NCBI GenBank assembly: GCA_043819555.1
Contig: JBDREQ010000020.1
Span: 32,001-96,000, forward strand
Direction: 5' to 3'
Length of the DNA stretch: 64,000 nt
Source: Candidatus Zixiibacteriota bacterium
Lineage (GTDB): Bacteria; Zixibacteria; MSB-5A5; GN15; JAAZOE01
Part shown: positions 40,113 to 49,879 of the stretch, one piece after another
How the letters are laid out: the number at the start of each line of letters is the position of its first letter
Position numbering within the stretch: position 1 is the stretch's first letter
Program-made: the position numbers and the translations under genes
Notes under the pieces: generated by a model
Database searches by the model: none
What the model was told of the DNA's origin: nothing
The model's input: only the letters and a program-made list of their open reading frames with translations

Positions 40113-40281
40113 TCGATTAGATATATTTTTTTTGTAAGTTCAGGCGGCGCCTTTTCTCTTTTCCCCCCCAATGCTGCATATTAATTGCGTATATCTATAT
40201 TAAATCGGGTTGCGGTTTCAATCAGAAATAGCAATATTTAATGAATTCATCAGTTTGTGTAAATATAAAAGGAGATGATGG

Positions 40282-41490
40282 ATGCAGAATTTTACATTTT
40301 ATCTTCCAACGAAAATTACTTTCGGCGCCGGGACAATAGATCAGGTCGGAATCGAATCAGTCGCGTTGGGAAAAAGGGCCTTGATTGTCACCGGCAAACG
40401 ATCGGCTTCGGCTTTCGGGATAATTAAACGAGTTACCGATTATCTGGAAAGGGAGGGAATTGAAGCAGTCGTTTTTGATAAGATTGAACCGAATCCACGG
40501 ACGACGACGATTGATGAAGCCGGAGAGCTTGCCCGAACAAATAATTGCGATTTCGTAATCGGTTTGGGCGGTGGTTCGCCGATGGATGCCGCCAAAGCTA
40601 TTGCCGTGGCCGCGGTGGAAGCAAAACCTATATGGGAATTCATTCCGCATGGCGCCGGACCAGCCCGACCCATAAAAAGAGCCCTGCCGATTCTGGAAAT
40701 ACCCACTTTGGCCGCAACCGGCTCGGAAGCCGATGCCGGCGGCGTTTTTACAAATTGGGAAACTCATGAAAAGGCCGTATTATTCAGTCCCTTACTATAC
40801 CCAAAGGTATCAATCATAGACCCGGAACTTACGGTCACGGTACCCAAAGATTATACAGTCGATGGCGGGATAGATATTATTTGTCATGTCATCGAAGGAT
40901 TCTTTACTGGAGCCGATAATACTCCGATTCAGGATCGTTTCGCTTTGTCGGTAATCAAAACCGTAATGGAAAACCTGCCTAAAGTAGTCGAAAACCCGAA
41001 AGATATAGAAGCCCGCGCCAATCTATCCTGGGCATCGGCTGTTGCTTTATCCGGCATGGTTAATTCCGGCCGCGGGGGTTCGTTTCCCATCCATGCCCTG
41101 GAACACTCATTATCGGGACATTATGATATATCTCATGGCCTTGGTTTGGCATTGCTCCTGCCGGCCATAATGGAATATGGTTACAAATCTAGGCCATCCA
41201 AATACGCCATGCTGGCCGAAGAGCTATTTGATATTCATCGTGACGGGCAGACCGATGAACAATTGGCGGAAAAGGCCATCGAGCAAATGAAGAGATTCTT
41301 GAAATCAGTAGGCCGGCTGCTTTCTCTCAAAGACGTTGGTATTAAAAACGACGCAAAATTAGTAAAAATGGCCGACGACGCTCTCAATATCTATGGAGTT
41401 GATGGTCAATACCTCGACAATCCAAAAAAGCTCTATAAAAATGACATCCTGGCGATTTTTGCCAAGCTGGCAAGCCAGGGTAATAGTTAA
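40282..41490 (+). CDS. Iron-containing alcohol dehydrogenase (butanol dehydrogenase-like)
   Basis: EPNP, GGGSPMDAAK, PTLAATGSE, D...H, H.LEH, HG.GLA; SD AGGAG. Confidence 0.92.
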   Translation: MQNFTFYLPTKITFGAGTIDQVGIESVALGKRALIVTGKRSASAFGIIKRVTDYLEREGIEAVVFDKIEPNPRTTTIDEAGELARTNNCDFVIGLGGGSPMDAAKAIAVAAVEAKPIWEFIPHGAGPARPIKRALPILEIPTLAATGSEADAGGVFTNWETHEKAVLFSPLLYPKVSIIDPELTVTVPKDYTVDGGIDIICHVIEGFFTGADNTPIQDRFALSVIKTVMENLPKVVENPKDIEARANLSWASAVALSGMVNSGRGGSFPIHALEHSLSGHYDISHGLGLALLLPAIMEYGYKSRPSKYAMLAEELFDIHRDGQTDEQLAEKAIEQMKRFLKSVGRLLSLKDVGIKNDAKLVKMADDALNIYGVDGQYLDNPKKLYKNDILAIFAKLASQGNS

Positions 41491-41653
41491 TCGGTAATGC
41501 AACAGCCTAATATGTATGAGTATAGAAAGCGGGATTGCCGCTCAGAAAGTTCAGGAAAACGGTTGCTATCTCAAACAATTTAGCATATTTTTTGTTTAAT
41601 GATATTTGGAATGTGATGCGAAGGTCGCATATGCCGATAAAAAGGAGTAGGAA

Positions 41654-41971
41654 TTGAATATACCGATATTATTGTCCAATCCGCCCGCAGGAAGCGAGGG
41701 CGGGGCGGGATCAATGCTGGTGTCGCTTGGTCCGATTGTATTGATTTTTGTGATTTTTTATTTGCTTCTTATAAGACCCCAGCAAAAAAGACAGAAAGAA
41801 CATCAAAAACTTGTTGCGGCTCTTAAAAAGGGTGACAAAGTCGTTACTAACAGCGGGTTATACGGAGTAATATCATCCATTAACGATGAGAAAAATATTG
41901 TTGTCCTAAAAATAGCTGAGGACGTAAAAGTTGAGTTTACAAGATCTTCCGTTGCCGGTAAGATCGAATAA
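41654..41971 (+). CDS. yajC: Preprotein translocase subunit YajC
   Basis: FYLLLIRPQQKRQKEH...LKKGDKVVT.SG.YG; TTG start with AGGAG. Confidence 0.93.
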   Translation: MNIPILLSNPPAGSEGGAGSMLVSLGPIVLIFVIFYLLLIRPQQKRQKEHQKLVAALKKGDKVVTNSGLYGVISSINDEKNIVVLKIAEDVKVEFTRSSVAGKIE

Positions 41972-41990
41972 TTGAATTTATGGAGCAGTA

Positions 41991-42497
41991 ATGGCGATAA
42001 GACCGATTTTGAAATATGGTGAGCAGGTCTTACGAGAAGTCGCAAAACCGGTGGAACAAATTACCGCCGATATTAAAGAAATTGTGGCTAGATTAAAGGC
42101 CACTTTAAAAGATGCCAAAGGGCTGGGATTGGCGGCGCCTCAAATAGGCGAATCGCTGCGAATATTTGTAGTTGATTTATCGGTGGTGGATTTAACTGCC
42201 GAAACAACCGTATTTATTAACCCGGAAATATTGGAAACATCCGGCTCGATTGAGTTTGAAGAAGGATGCCTGTCTTTCCCGGGAATTTATCAGCGATTGA
42301 CCCGTCCGGAACGGGTAAAAGTCAAAGCTCTTGACGAAAATGGCAAAGAATTTTTTCTGGAAGCCGACGGATTAGCCGCTCGAGCCATCCAGCATGAATA
42401 TGATCACCTGGATGGGGTTTTATTCATAGACCATTTTTCCGCCATAAGCCGGGCATTAATTGACCGCAGACTCAAAAGATTGGCAAAATCCGCATAG
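41991..42497 (+). CDS. def: Peptide deformylase
   Basis: GLGLAAPQIG, EGCLS, QHEYDHL. Confidence 0.97.
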   Translation: MAIRPILKYGEQVLREVAKPVEQITADIKEIVARLKATLKDAKGLGLAAPQIGESLRIFVVDLSVVDLTAETTVFINPEILETSGSIEFEEGCLSFPGIYQRLTRPERVKVKALDENGKEFFLEADGLAARAIQHEYDHLDGVLFIDHFSAISRALIDRRLKRLAKSA

Positions 42498-42528
42498 ATT
42501 CCAGTCTTATCGCTTTGCTGACAATTGA

Positions 42529-43482
42529 ATGAAAATTGTGTTCATGGGAACACCGGAGTTCGCCTGTGAAGGACTCGTGACTCTGGCTAATTCCTCTCAT
42601 GAGGTGGCGGCAATTGTCACCGTGCCGGATAAAAAATCCGGTCGCGGGCAAAAACTATCGCCTTGCGAAGTAAAAATCAAGGCTCTCGATATGGGCTTTA
42701 AGGTTTTCCAGCCGGAAAACCTTAAAGAGGATTCTTTCATTGATGAAATGAAAACGATCGGGGCTGATTTATTTGTCGTCATTGCTTTTCGAATTCTTCC
42801 CAAAAAGCTCTATTCCCTTCCGTCGTTGGGAGCAATAAACATCCACGCCTCAATTTTGCCCAAATATAGGGGCGCGGCGCCGATAAATCACGCCATTCTT
42901 AATGGCGAAACAGAAACAGGACTGACTTCATTTTTCCTGGCGGGAAAAATCGACGCCGGCAAGATTATTGATCAGGAAAAAGTGAAAATTGGACCTGATG
43001 AAAACTTCACATCTGTCTATAATCGCCTGTCGCAATTGTCAGGTCCCTTTCTTCTGCGGACTCTGGATAAGATAGAGAATCAGGAATTTTCACCAATCGA
43101 ACAGGACAATTCGAAAGTTTCTCCGGCGCCGAAAATTTCACCCGAAGATTGCTTGATTGATTGGAATAAAAAGGCGACAGAAATTCATAATCAAATTCGG
43201 GCGTTTTCGGAAAAACCTGGAGCATACTCATATTTTGATAACAAAAAACTCAAAGTATTGGCATCCCGTATTGAAATCGAAGAGGAGGTCAAAAAATTAT
43301 CGTCAGGTCAAATTTGTGCGCATGAAAAGAATTTATACGCGGGTACCGGAGATGGTCTCCTGCGCATTTTAAGACTTCAACCGGAGGGGAAAAAGATTGT
43401 CGATGCGCCGGCATTCATTAACGGTTATATGACAGCAGAACCAAAACAAATGACAAACGAGTGGAAGGAGGTGATTAAATGA
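42529..43482 (+). CDS. fmt: Methionyl-tRNA formyltransferase
   Basis: MGTPEFA, INIHASILPKYRGAAPI, DAG; follows def. Confidence 0.96.
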   Translation: MKIVFMGTPEFACEGLVTLANSSHEVAAIVTVPDKKSGRGQKLSPCEVKIKALDMGFKVFQPENLKEDSFIDEMKTIGADLFVVIAFRILPKKLYSLPSLGAINIHASILPKYRGAAPINHAILNGETETGLTSFFLAGKIDAGKIIDQEKVKIGPDENFTSVYNRLSQLSGPFLLRTLDKIENQEFSPIEQDNSKVSPAPKISPEDCLIDWNKKATEIHNQIRAFSEKPGAYSYFDNKKLKVLASRIEIEEEVKKLSSGQICAHEKNLYAGTGDGLLRILRLQPEGKKIVDAPAFINGYMTAEPKQMTNEWKEVIK

Positions 43483-45011
43483 AAAAAGAAATTATTGTCA
43501 ATTCCACCCAGTATGAAACCCGGGTCGCGCTTCTCGAAGATGATAAGTTAGTTGAGCTCCTTGTGAAAGGAGCCGACGAACATCGCTATGTCGGGAATAT
43601 TTTCAAGGGCCGGATCAAAACCGTCCTGCCGGGTATGCAGGCGGCCTTTGTTGATATCGGTATGGATAAGGCGGCTTTTTTGCATGCTTCGGATATCGGT
43701 AAAATTGGCGGAGGCTACTATGAATACGACGAAGACGAAGAAGCGCCCGCGGATATTGTCCGCAAAACAAGATTCGCCGGCATCGAGACGGTTGTCAAAG
43801 AAGATCAGGAAATACTTGTCCAGGTCATAAAAGAGCCGATTTCAACTAAGGGACCGCGCGTCTCATCCGAGATTTCCATTGCCGGGCGATACGTTGTTCT
43901 CGTCCCCGATGATCAAGGTGTCCGAGTTTCAAAGAAAATTTCCGATTGGGGAGAAAAGAAAAGGCTCCGTTCTATCGTCAGAGAATTGAGGCCGGAAGGA
44001 TTCGGATTTATTATCCGTACCGAAGCTGAAGGACGAACCGAATCGGATTTTAAATCCGATATCAAGCGGCTTTTGAAGTACTGGCAGCAGCTCAAAAAAC
44101 GGGCCGACCGGCTCGAACCTCCGGCGCTATTGCACCAGGAAATGAGCATGATAACCGGAATCATTCGTGATTTATACTCCGATGACGTTGAAGCGCTGGT
44201 GGTCGATAATCGCACCGTTTACCGTGAAGTTCTGTCTTTTGTCCGGGAAATAGCACCGGCCCTTAAAGGACGGGTAAAATTATATCGTGATAAAACTCCG
44301 GTTTTTGACCATTATAATATCGAGCCGGAAATCGAAAAAATGATTGACCGTAAGGTCTGGATTAAGAAAGGCGCGTATCTGATAATTGACCAGACCGAGG
44401 CAATGGTCACAATTGATGTAAATACCGGACGCTTTGTCGGCCGTAAAGATCAGGAATCAACGATACTGAGAACCAATCTCGACGCCGCCCGCGAAGTCGC
44501 GCGCCAAATCAGGCTGCGTGATATCGGCGGTTTGATTGTTATCGACTTTATCGATATGTATAGCCGTGAAAATCGGCGCAAACTTTATGATCATTATTGT
44601 CATCACCTAAGAAATGATCGGGCCAAACGAGCGGTTACTCCCGTTTCGGATTTTGGTTTGATTGAGATGACGCGCGAAAGAATAAGGCCGTCTTTGATGA
44701 CGGCTCTGTCTGACCCATGTCCGCACTGCAACGGATTGGGCCGCGTCTTATCAAGACAGACAATGTCGACCAAAATAGAAAGATGGTTCCTGAGAGCCAA
44801 GGTCGATAATACGCAGAAACGATTCAACCTGATCGTAAATCCCGAACTGGCCGATTTTATAACTGATGGCGAGACCAATCGCGTCGCCAAAATGGCCAAT
44901 CGCCATCGTTTCCATATCAATCTTGTCCGCGATACCACTATTTCGCTGCAGACTTTTATGGTTACTGATGCTACAACCGGTGAAGATTTGACCGCATCCA
45001 ACGCGGCTTAG
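43479..45011 (+). CDS. rng: Ribonuclease G/E family (Rne/Rng)
   Basis: S1 domain GNIFKG...LPGMQAAFVDIG, KGPR, IDVNTG, LRDIGG.IVIDFIDM, CPHC.G. Confidence 0.92.
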   Translation: MKKEIIVNSTQYETRVALLEDDKLVELLVKGADEHRYVGNIFKGRIKTVLPGMQAAFVDIGMDKAAFLHASDIGKIGGGYYEYDEDEEAPADIVRKTRFAGIETVVKEDQEILVQVIKEPISTKGPRVSSEISIAGRYVVLVPDDQGVRVSKKISDWGEKKRLRSIVRELRPEGFGFIIRTEAEGRTESDFKSDIKRLLKYWQQLKKRADRLEPPALLHQEMSMITGIIRDLYSDDVEALVVDNRTVYREVLSFVREIAPALKGRVKLYRDKTPVFDHYNIEPEIEKMIDRKVWIKKGAYLIIDQTEAMVTIDVNTGRFVGRKDQESTILRTNLDAAREVARQIRLRDIGGLIVIDFIDMYSRENRRKLYDHYCHHLRNDRAKRAVTPVSDFGLIEMTRERIRPSLMTALSDPCPHCNGLGRVLSRQTMSTKIERWFLRAKVDNTQKRFNLIVNPELADFITDGETNRVAKMANRHRFHINLVRDTTISLQTFMVTDATTGEDLTASNAA

Positions 45012-45032
45012 ATTTAGTCATCATATAAACAT

Positions 45033-45063
45033 AAGGGAAGCCTTTTTCAGGCTTCCCTTTTTT
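45033..45063 (+). terminator. Intrinsic terminator of yajC-def-fmt-rng
   Basis: AAGGGAAGCCT / AGGCTTCCCTT stem followed by T-tract. Confidence 0.85.
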
Positions 45064-45154
45064 AACTAAATATTTCATTTCACACGTATAAAGTACAAAT
45101 CTGCGCATTTCCAAAACTTCTTGACTATAAATCACTTTCGATTAAATTCCCGTA

Positions 45155-46024
45155 ATGAGTACGCTGATTTATATCTTCCTCTGTATTGTCTGGGGCACTA
45201 CATGGCTGGCAATCAAGTTGGGGCTTCAGGAAATGCCACCTTTTTTCGGCGCATTTATTCGGATGTTATTGGCCGCCCTATTGCTCCTCGTTTACAATCA
45301 AATCACACATCAGGCGATTTCTGGCAATTGGCGTGAAAAATTAAAAATCGCCTGGCCCGGTTTGTTTATTGTTGGCATATCCTATGCCCTGGCCTATTTT
45401 GGAATGCAGTATGTTAATTCCGGTATGGCGGCGGTTTTGTTTGCCACGATTCCGCTCTTTGTTGTTATCATTTCACCGTTAATGAATAAATCCGACAGGA
45501 TAACTACCCAATCGATAATTGGCGTTTTTATTGGCTTCGGCGGCATTATAGTAATATTCAATGGCTCAATAGCGTTAAATGAACATTCAATCCTGGGGTC
45601 AATGTTATTTTTATCATCTTCCGCGATCGCCGGATTCTTCACTGTCTATCAAAAAGTTTATCTGACAAAGATTCCCATTGCGCCTATGCTTGCCTGGCAA
45701 TTTTCTTTTGGAGGATTGATTCTTTTGATTCTGTCAATGCTGACCGAACCGTGGTCCGGAATTAATATCGGTATGACCGGCGCGGGAAGTATATTATATT
45801 TAACTCTCTTTGGTTCAATCTTATGTTTCGCCGGTTATTACTGGCTTTTAAGGCGCTTCAGCGCATTGTCAATGTCAATGATCGCCTTTATTACGCCAAT
45901 TACGGCGCTGATTGCCGGATATTTAGTTTTGGATGAAAAGCTTGATTTGAATGATGGCCTGGGATCAATACTGGTGCTGGCCAGTATATTAATTGTCAAT
46001 CTCAAAAAGAAACTAAGGTTTTAA
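45155..46024 (+). CDS. EamA/DMT family transporter
   Basis: WGTTWLAIK...PPF....R; 10 TM segments in two EamA repeats; P..A...G..VLDE. Confidence 0.9.
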   Translation: MSTLIYIFLCIVWGTTWLAIKLGLQEMPPFFGAFIRMLLAALLLLVYNQITHQAISGNWREKLKIAWPGLFIVGISYALAYFGMQYVNSGMAAVLFATIPLFVVIISPLMNKSDRITTQSIIGVFIGFGGIIVIFNGSIALNEHSILGSMLFLSSSAIAGFFTVYQKVYLTKIPIAPMLAWQFSFGGLILLILSMLTEPWSGINIGMTGAGSILYLTLFGSILCFAGYYWLLRRFSALSMSMIAFITPITALIAGYLVLDEKLDLNDGLGSILVLASILIVNLKKKLRF

Positions 46025-46957
46025 ACGGGGGAATCGTTCCTTTGACATTATTAACCCATCATTTCCGCCAATAAAAATTTTGTTTTCCGTGATGCAAACC
46101 GTTTTCAAATCCGTATCGATTCCGCAATGACTTATCGTAAAACGGTCACCGCTGTCATTAAAAAATAGTACCAGTCCGTCTTCACCAACGCCGACTCCGG
46201 AAAATTTATCAAATATCTCAACGGCGAAAAGACTCTTGGTTATTCCCAAATCGATCTCTTCCCAATTGCGTCCATGATCGAAAGTTCGGGCAAAAAATCC
46301 CTTGCTCCCGACTATAAATCCCCAGTCATCGATAAAATCAAAACCCCAGGCTAAACGACTGCCGCTATATTTTCCGGGAAAAAAATGAATTCCCTTACTT
46401 ATTGAGTGAAAAGCCGTTTTGGACGCCAGAAGATAGATTTTTTGGGGCGGCTGAACAACGAGATCAGTATAGCCGTTGCCAAGATGTTTCTTCTTTAGCC
46501 AGGTTTTTCCCGAGTCATAAGTCTGATAGGCAACCCCCACGGTTTTAGACATACTGTTTTGGTCAGTGCCACAGACAATTGTGCTGGTATCGTTGACCAT
46601 CCCTATCGCAACGAAATTAAATTTAATGTTTTGTGACATATCGACCCAGGTTGCGCCCCGATTGCCGGTCTTCATTATAAGTCCGCGGTCGCCGGTTAAG
46701 TACCCGACCTGCCCTCTCATATCAATATCGTTTATTGTGCGTTTGGAAATTTCCTTTACCTGCCAACTGTTTCCACCGTCCCAGGTGGATAGCAATTCAC
46801 CTGCGGAAGTCACCGCCCAGCCGTAATGGGGGCCATCAAAATATATTTTATTTATAGTCGCGGTTGTGGGGATATCAACTTTTTCAAAGTCGGCTCCGCC
46901 GGATATCCCATAAGCTAAGATTAAAAACAGCATTATCGGAAGTCGAATGATATTCAT
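46013..46957 (-). CDS. YCF48/BNR-repeat beta-propeller protein, secreted
   Basis: Signal peptide; repeated T.D.G.(S/T/N)W Asp-boxes and G..G motifs; SD GGAG. Confidence 0.8.
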   Translation of the reverse strand: MNIIRLPIMLFLILAYGISGGADFEKVDIPTTATINKIYFDGPHYGWAVTSAGELLSTWDGGNSWQVKEISKRTINDIDMRGQVGYLTGDRGLIMKTGNRGATWVDMSQNIKFNFVAIGMVNDTSTIVCGTDQNSMSKTVGVAYQTYDSGKTWLKKKHLGNGYTDLVVQPPQKIYLLASKTAFHSISKGIHFFPGKYSGSRLAWGFDFIDDWGFIVGSKGFFARTFDHGRNWEEIDLGITKSLFAVEIFDKFSGVGVGEDGLVLFFNDSGDRFTISHCGIDTDLKTVCITENKIFIGGNDGLIMSKERFPRLKP

Positions 46958-47010
46958 ACTTTCTCCATTTTAATCTTGTAAACATTTCGCCGGCTTATTA
47001 ACATTTCCTT

Positions 47011-47039
47011 AATGTAGTACATGTAAACGACTCTGTCAA
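47011..47039 (-). promoter_or_regulatory. sigma70 promoter for YCF48-like gene
   Basis: TTGACA (47039-47034), 17 bp, TACATT (47016-47011). Confidence 0.55.
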
Positions 47040-47202
47040 ATTATCCGACAGTTGCGGCGCCTTTTTATGGGCACATGTACTGGTTATACAAAAATTATCG
47101 GCCGTAAATCCCGTTTTTTTCGGCTCTCCTGTAATATCTTTGTAGAAATATCGGATATTGAACAGGGGATAGGCCGGGAATACAGAAATAAGGAATATCT
47201 AT

Positions 47203-47856
47203 TTGCTAAGCATAAAGGATGTATGCTTTTCATTTGGTCACCAGGAAATTTTTAATGGATTGACCTTTGAATTAAAGCGAGGGAATTATCTTGTAATTTC
47301 CGGTTCCGACCGGGCCGGAAAAACGACTTTGGTAAAGATGCTTACGGCCATGATTTTACCGGATTCAGGGGAGATTTTAATTGATGGCGAGTTTCTCGAT
47401 GAAATAGCCCGTTCCAAAACCAGGATCCGCAAACTGCGCCAGAAGATTGGAGGCGTTGGGGGAGTTTTTTCACTTCTCAATGATCGCACCATTCTTGAAA
47501 ATGTCTCGTTATCGGCTGAGATTTGCGGCATTCCTGCCCGTAAAGCCCGCAAATACGCCGTCGAAGCATGTTGCAAATTTCGCCTCAGCCATGTCATGTC
47601 CTATTATCCCGATGCTGTCTCAAAAGTGGAACAAAGGATGGCGCTTTTGGCCCGCGCTGCCGCCGCCCGAAAGGAATTGATAATTGCCGATGCCCCCACC
47701 GACGGTCTGGACGAAAGTGCGGCTGGTTTTATCAACGAACGATTGCAGGCGCTTAGACTTTCCGGGATATCGATTTTATATTTAACAACCGGCCCCGGCC
47801 CCCAAAGCGGCCCTGATGAATACTTGCATCTCAAGGCGGGGAGGGTCGATAAATGA
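47203..47856 (+). CDS. ftsE: FtsE-like ABC ATP-binding protein with degenerate catalytic motifs
   Basis: Walker A GSDRAGKT, LRQKIG, LL.DRT..ENV; position directly upstream of ftsX/envC; Q-loop, signature, Walker B Glu and H-loop altered. Confidence 0.65.
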   Translation: MLSIKDVCFSFGHQEIFNGLTFELKRGNYLVISGSDRAGKTTLVKMLTAMILPDSGEILIDGEFLDEIARSKTRIRKLRQKIGGVGGVFSLLNDRTILENVSLSAEICGIPARKARKYAVEACCKFRLSHVMSYYPDAVSKVEQRMALLARAAAARKELIIADAPTDGLDESAAGFINERLQALRLSGISILYLTTGPGPQSGPDEYLHLKAGRVDK

Positions 47857-48707
47857 ATGCCGCAAAGCAACTCGTATGGCAGATTTATAAACACGCTGGA
47901 CGAGAAAAAAGACTGTCACTGGGTTCATTTTTGGTCATCCTGATAGTCTTAATGATGGTCGATTTTTTTTGGATCGCTACGATCAATATAAACAGCCATT
48001 ATGATTCCCTGATAAGAACAGTTAAAATGGAAGTTTTTGTCGCCGATGACTATCCCGACAGTCTGCTTTCGATGCTTGAGATTACATTTTATGAATTGGC
48101 AGATATTGCCGCCACAGAATATATTTCCAGGGAAGATGCCGCCCGCATCCTTGAAACCGATTTGGGACCGGAATTTATGGGGGGACTAGACGAAAATCCT
48201 CTTCCGCGATCAATAATCATTAATTTTAAGGAAGGAAAAACGCTAAATGAGTTGGATGAAATAGCGGCCGCAATAAATCGTTTGGAAAGCGTGCAGGCGG
48301 TCGATTTTGGGCGCACCTGGATTGAGAAGGTCGAAAACTTTGGACGCAATCTCAGTCGAATCGGTTATTTCATCGGAGGACTAATCTTAATCGTAGTATT
48401 GCTGACGATGGCAAACACAAACCGTCTGACTGCCCGAACCAAATCGAGTGAGTTTTTACAACTAAGGTTATTGGGGGCCGGACCATCATATCTCCTGTAT
48501 CCATTTTTAGCCGAGGGATTCTTTTCGGCCTTAATCGCCGCGATAATGGGATGGTTGGTTATAATCTACTTATCACAGCAGATTACTTTTGAGGAATTTG
48601 ATTTAATCTTTCCTAATTTTGAACAACTCGCGATCTATTGTCTTGCGGCTGCAGTGACCGGGATGATAGGAGCTTATCTGGGTATTCGCAGGTTTTTACT
48701 GTTATGA
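47853..48707 (+). CDS. ftsX: Cell division permease FtsX
   Basis: YISREDAA, ENPLP, NTNRL...LRLLGA....L.PF..EG; 4 TM segments; overlaps ftsE-like stop. Confidence 0.85.
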   Translation: MNAAKQLVWQIYKHAGREKRLSLGSFLVILIVLMMVDFFWIATININSHYDSLIRTVKMEVFVADDYPDSLLSMLEITFYELADIAATEYISREDAARILETDLGPEFMGGLDENPLPRSIIINFKEGKTLNELDEIAAAINRLESVQAVDFGRTWIEKVENFGRNLSRIGYFIGGLILIVVLLTMANTNRLTARTKSSEFLQLRLLGAGPSYLLYPFLAEGFFSALIAAIMGWLVIIYLSQQITFEEFDLIFPNFEQLAIYCLAAAVTGMIGAYLGIRRFLLL

Positions 48708-49879
48708 TGAAAACTGCTCTTTATAAGGTAGTTATCTTTACTCTCTTGGGCATCACCTCAGCATTCGCCGATGATGATAATTCTAAAATTCATGATAACA
48801 GAAAGGAACTCGACGAATTAAAACAGCAAATATCCAGAACCAGGAACAAAATTGACAGCCTGCAAAATATTGAATCGAGCATTTCCAAATCCATCTCATC
48901 CTATGGAGATAATGTCAGCCGCAACAAAACTCTGGTTGATAAATTGGGTCAGAATCTTAGAAAAGTACGCGGAGAATTATCAAAAAACAAGCAGGACATG
49001 ATCTTAACCGAGGATCGATTAAATCGCATTAAAGAGGGATATATTGAACTCCTGAAAGACTATTATATCCATCGACGAAGCGGGACCGAAGATGTCGGTT
49101 GGGATTTTGATATCCTACTGTCAAAAAACCGCCTTTCGAAGTATCTGGCCTCAATTTCAAACGCATCGACTTATAAAATCACAATGGCCGATGATTCCGT
49201 TAGGCGCCTGACCACTCAGGTCGATAGTTTATCCCGCCAAGATTCACAAATAAATCGAATGCGGGAAGAAAAAAAATCAAAGATAAATTTGGATCTGGCC
49301 CTGAAGGAAAAGGAAGAAAAAAGCCTCAATATTGTACGCCGACAAACCAATATGATGCGCGACCGTTTCGAGTCCCTCTCCGAGATGGCTCAACAAATGG
49401 AGGAGATTATCGCTCAGCTCGAAAGGGAACATGAGAGAAAACGGCAGGAGGGCAAAACGATTCCCAGATTTGCATCCGGTTCATTTGCGACCTTGAAAGG
49501 ACTTATCAGCCCGCCCGTTAAGGGCCGTATTGTCTCAACCTTTGGATGGAAAGTCAACAAGACTACTAATCTGAAATCATTTTCGCCCGGAATTGACATC
49601 GCTCCCAAGCAGGGGCATAAAGAAATTCATGTTGGGGCGCCGGGGCGAGTCGCCTATGTTGGAAACCTCCGAGGCTATAGCAATTTTGTGATTGTTGAGC
49701 ATGACGACGGCTATTATACTACTTATGCCGGCATGGTTTCAGTCAATGTCGAAACCGATGATATTATTTTGAACGGCGATAAGCTGGGCGTATGCGGAAG
49801 TAATAACATTCATTTTGAACTACGTCGGGAACGAGAACATCTCGACCCCGTAATCTGGTTGAATCTCGATGAATTTTAG
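48704..49879 (+). CDS. envC: Murein hydrolase activator EnvC-like (coiled coil + degenerate M23)
   Basis: Signal peptide, long coiled coil, KG....PVKG....FG, GIDI, HDDGYYTTYAG, HFELR; ATGA overlap with ftsX stop. Confidence 0.8.
   Translation: MMKTALYKVVIFTLLGITSAFADDDNSKIHDNRKELDELKQQISRTRNKIDSLQNIESSISKSISSYGDNVSRNKTLVDKLGQNLRKVRGELSKNKQDMILTEDRLNRIKEGYIELLKDYYIHRRSGTEDVGWDFDILLSKNRLSKYLASISNASTYKITMADDSVRRLTTQVDSLSRQDSQINRMREEKKSKINLDLALKEKEEKSLNIVRRQTNMMRDRFESLSEMAQQMEEIIAQLEREHERKRQEGKTIPRFASGSFATLKGLISPPVKGRIVSTFGWKVNKTTNLKSFSPGIDIAPKQGHKEIHVGAPGRVAYVGNLRGYSNFVIVEHDDGYYTTYAGMVSVNVETDDIILNGDKLGVCGSNNIHFELRREREHLDPVIWLNLDEF

Noticed and set aside
48638..48703. Upstream TTG start for envC
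   Set aside because: ATG 48704 overlaps the ftsX stop (ATGA) and gives a proper signal peptide
49500..49879. Missing zinc ligands in the EnvC M23 domain as a novelty
   Set aside because: A degenerate LytM domain is the normal state for EnvC
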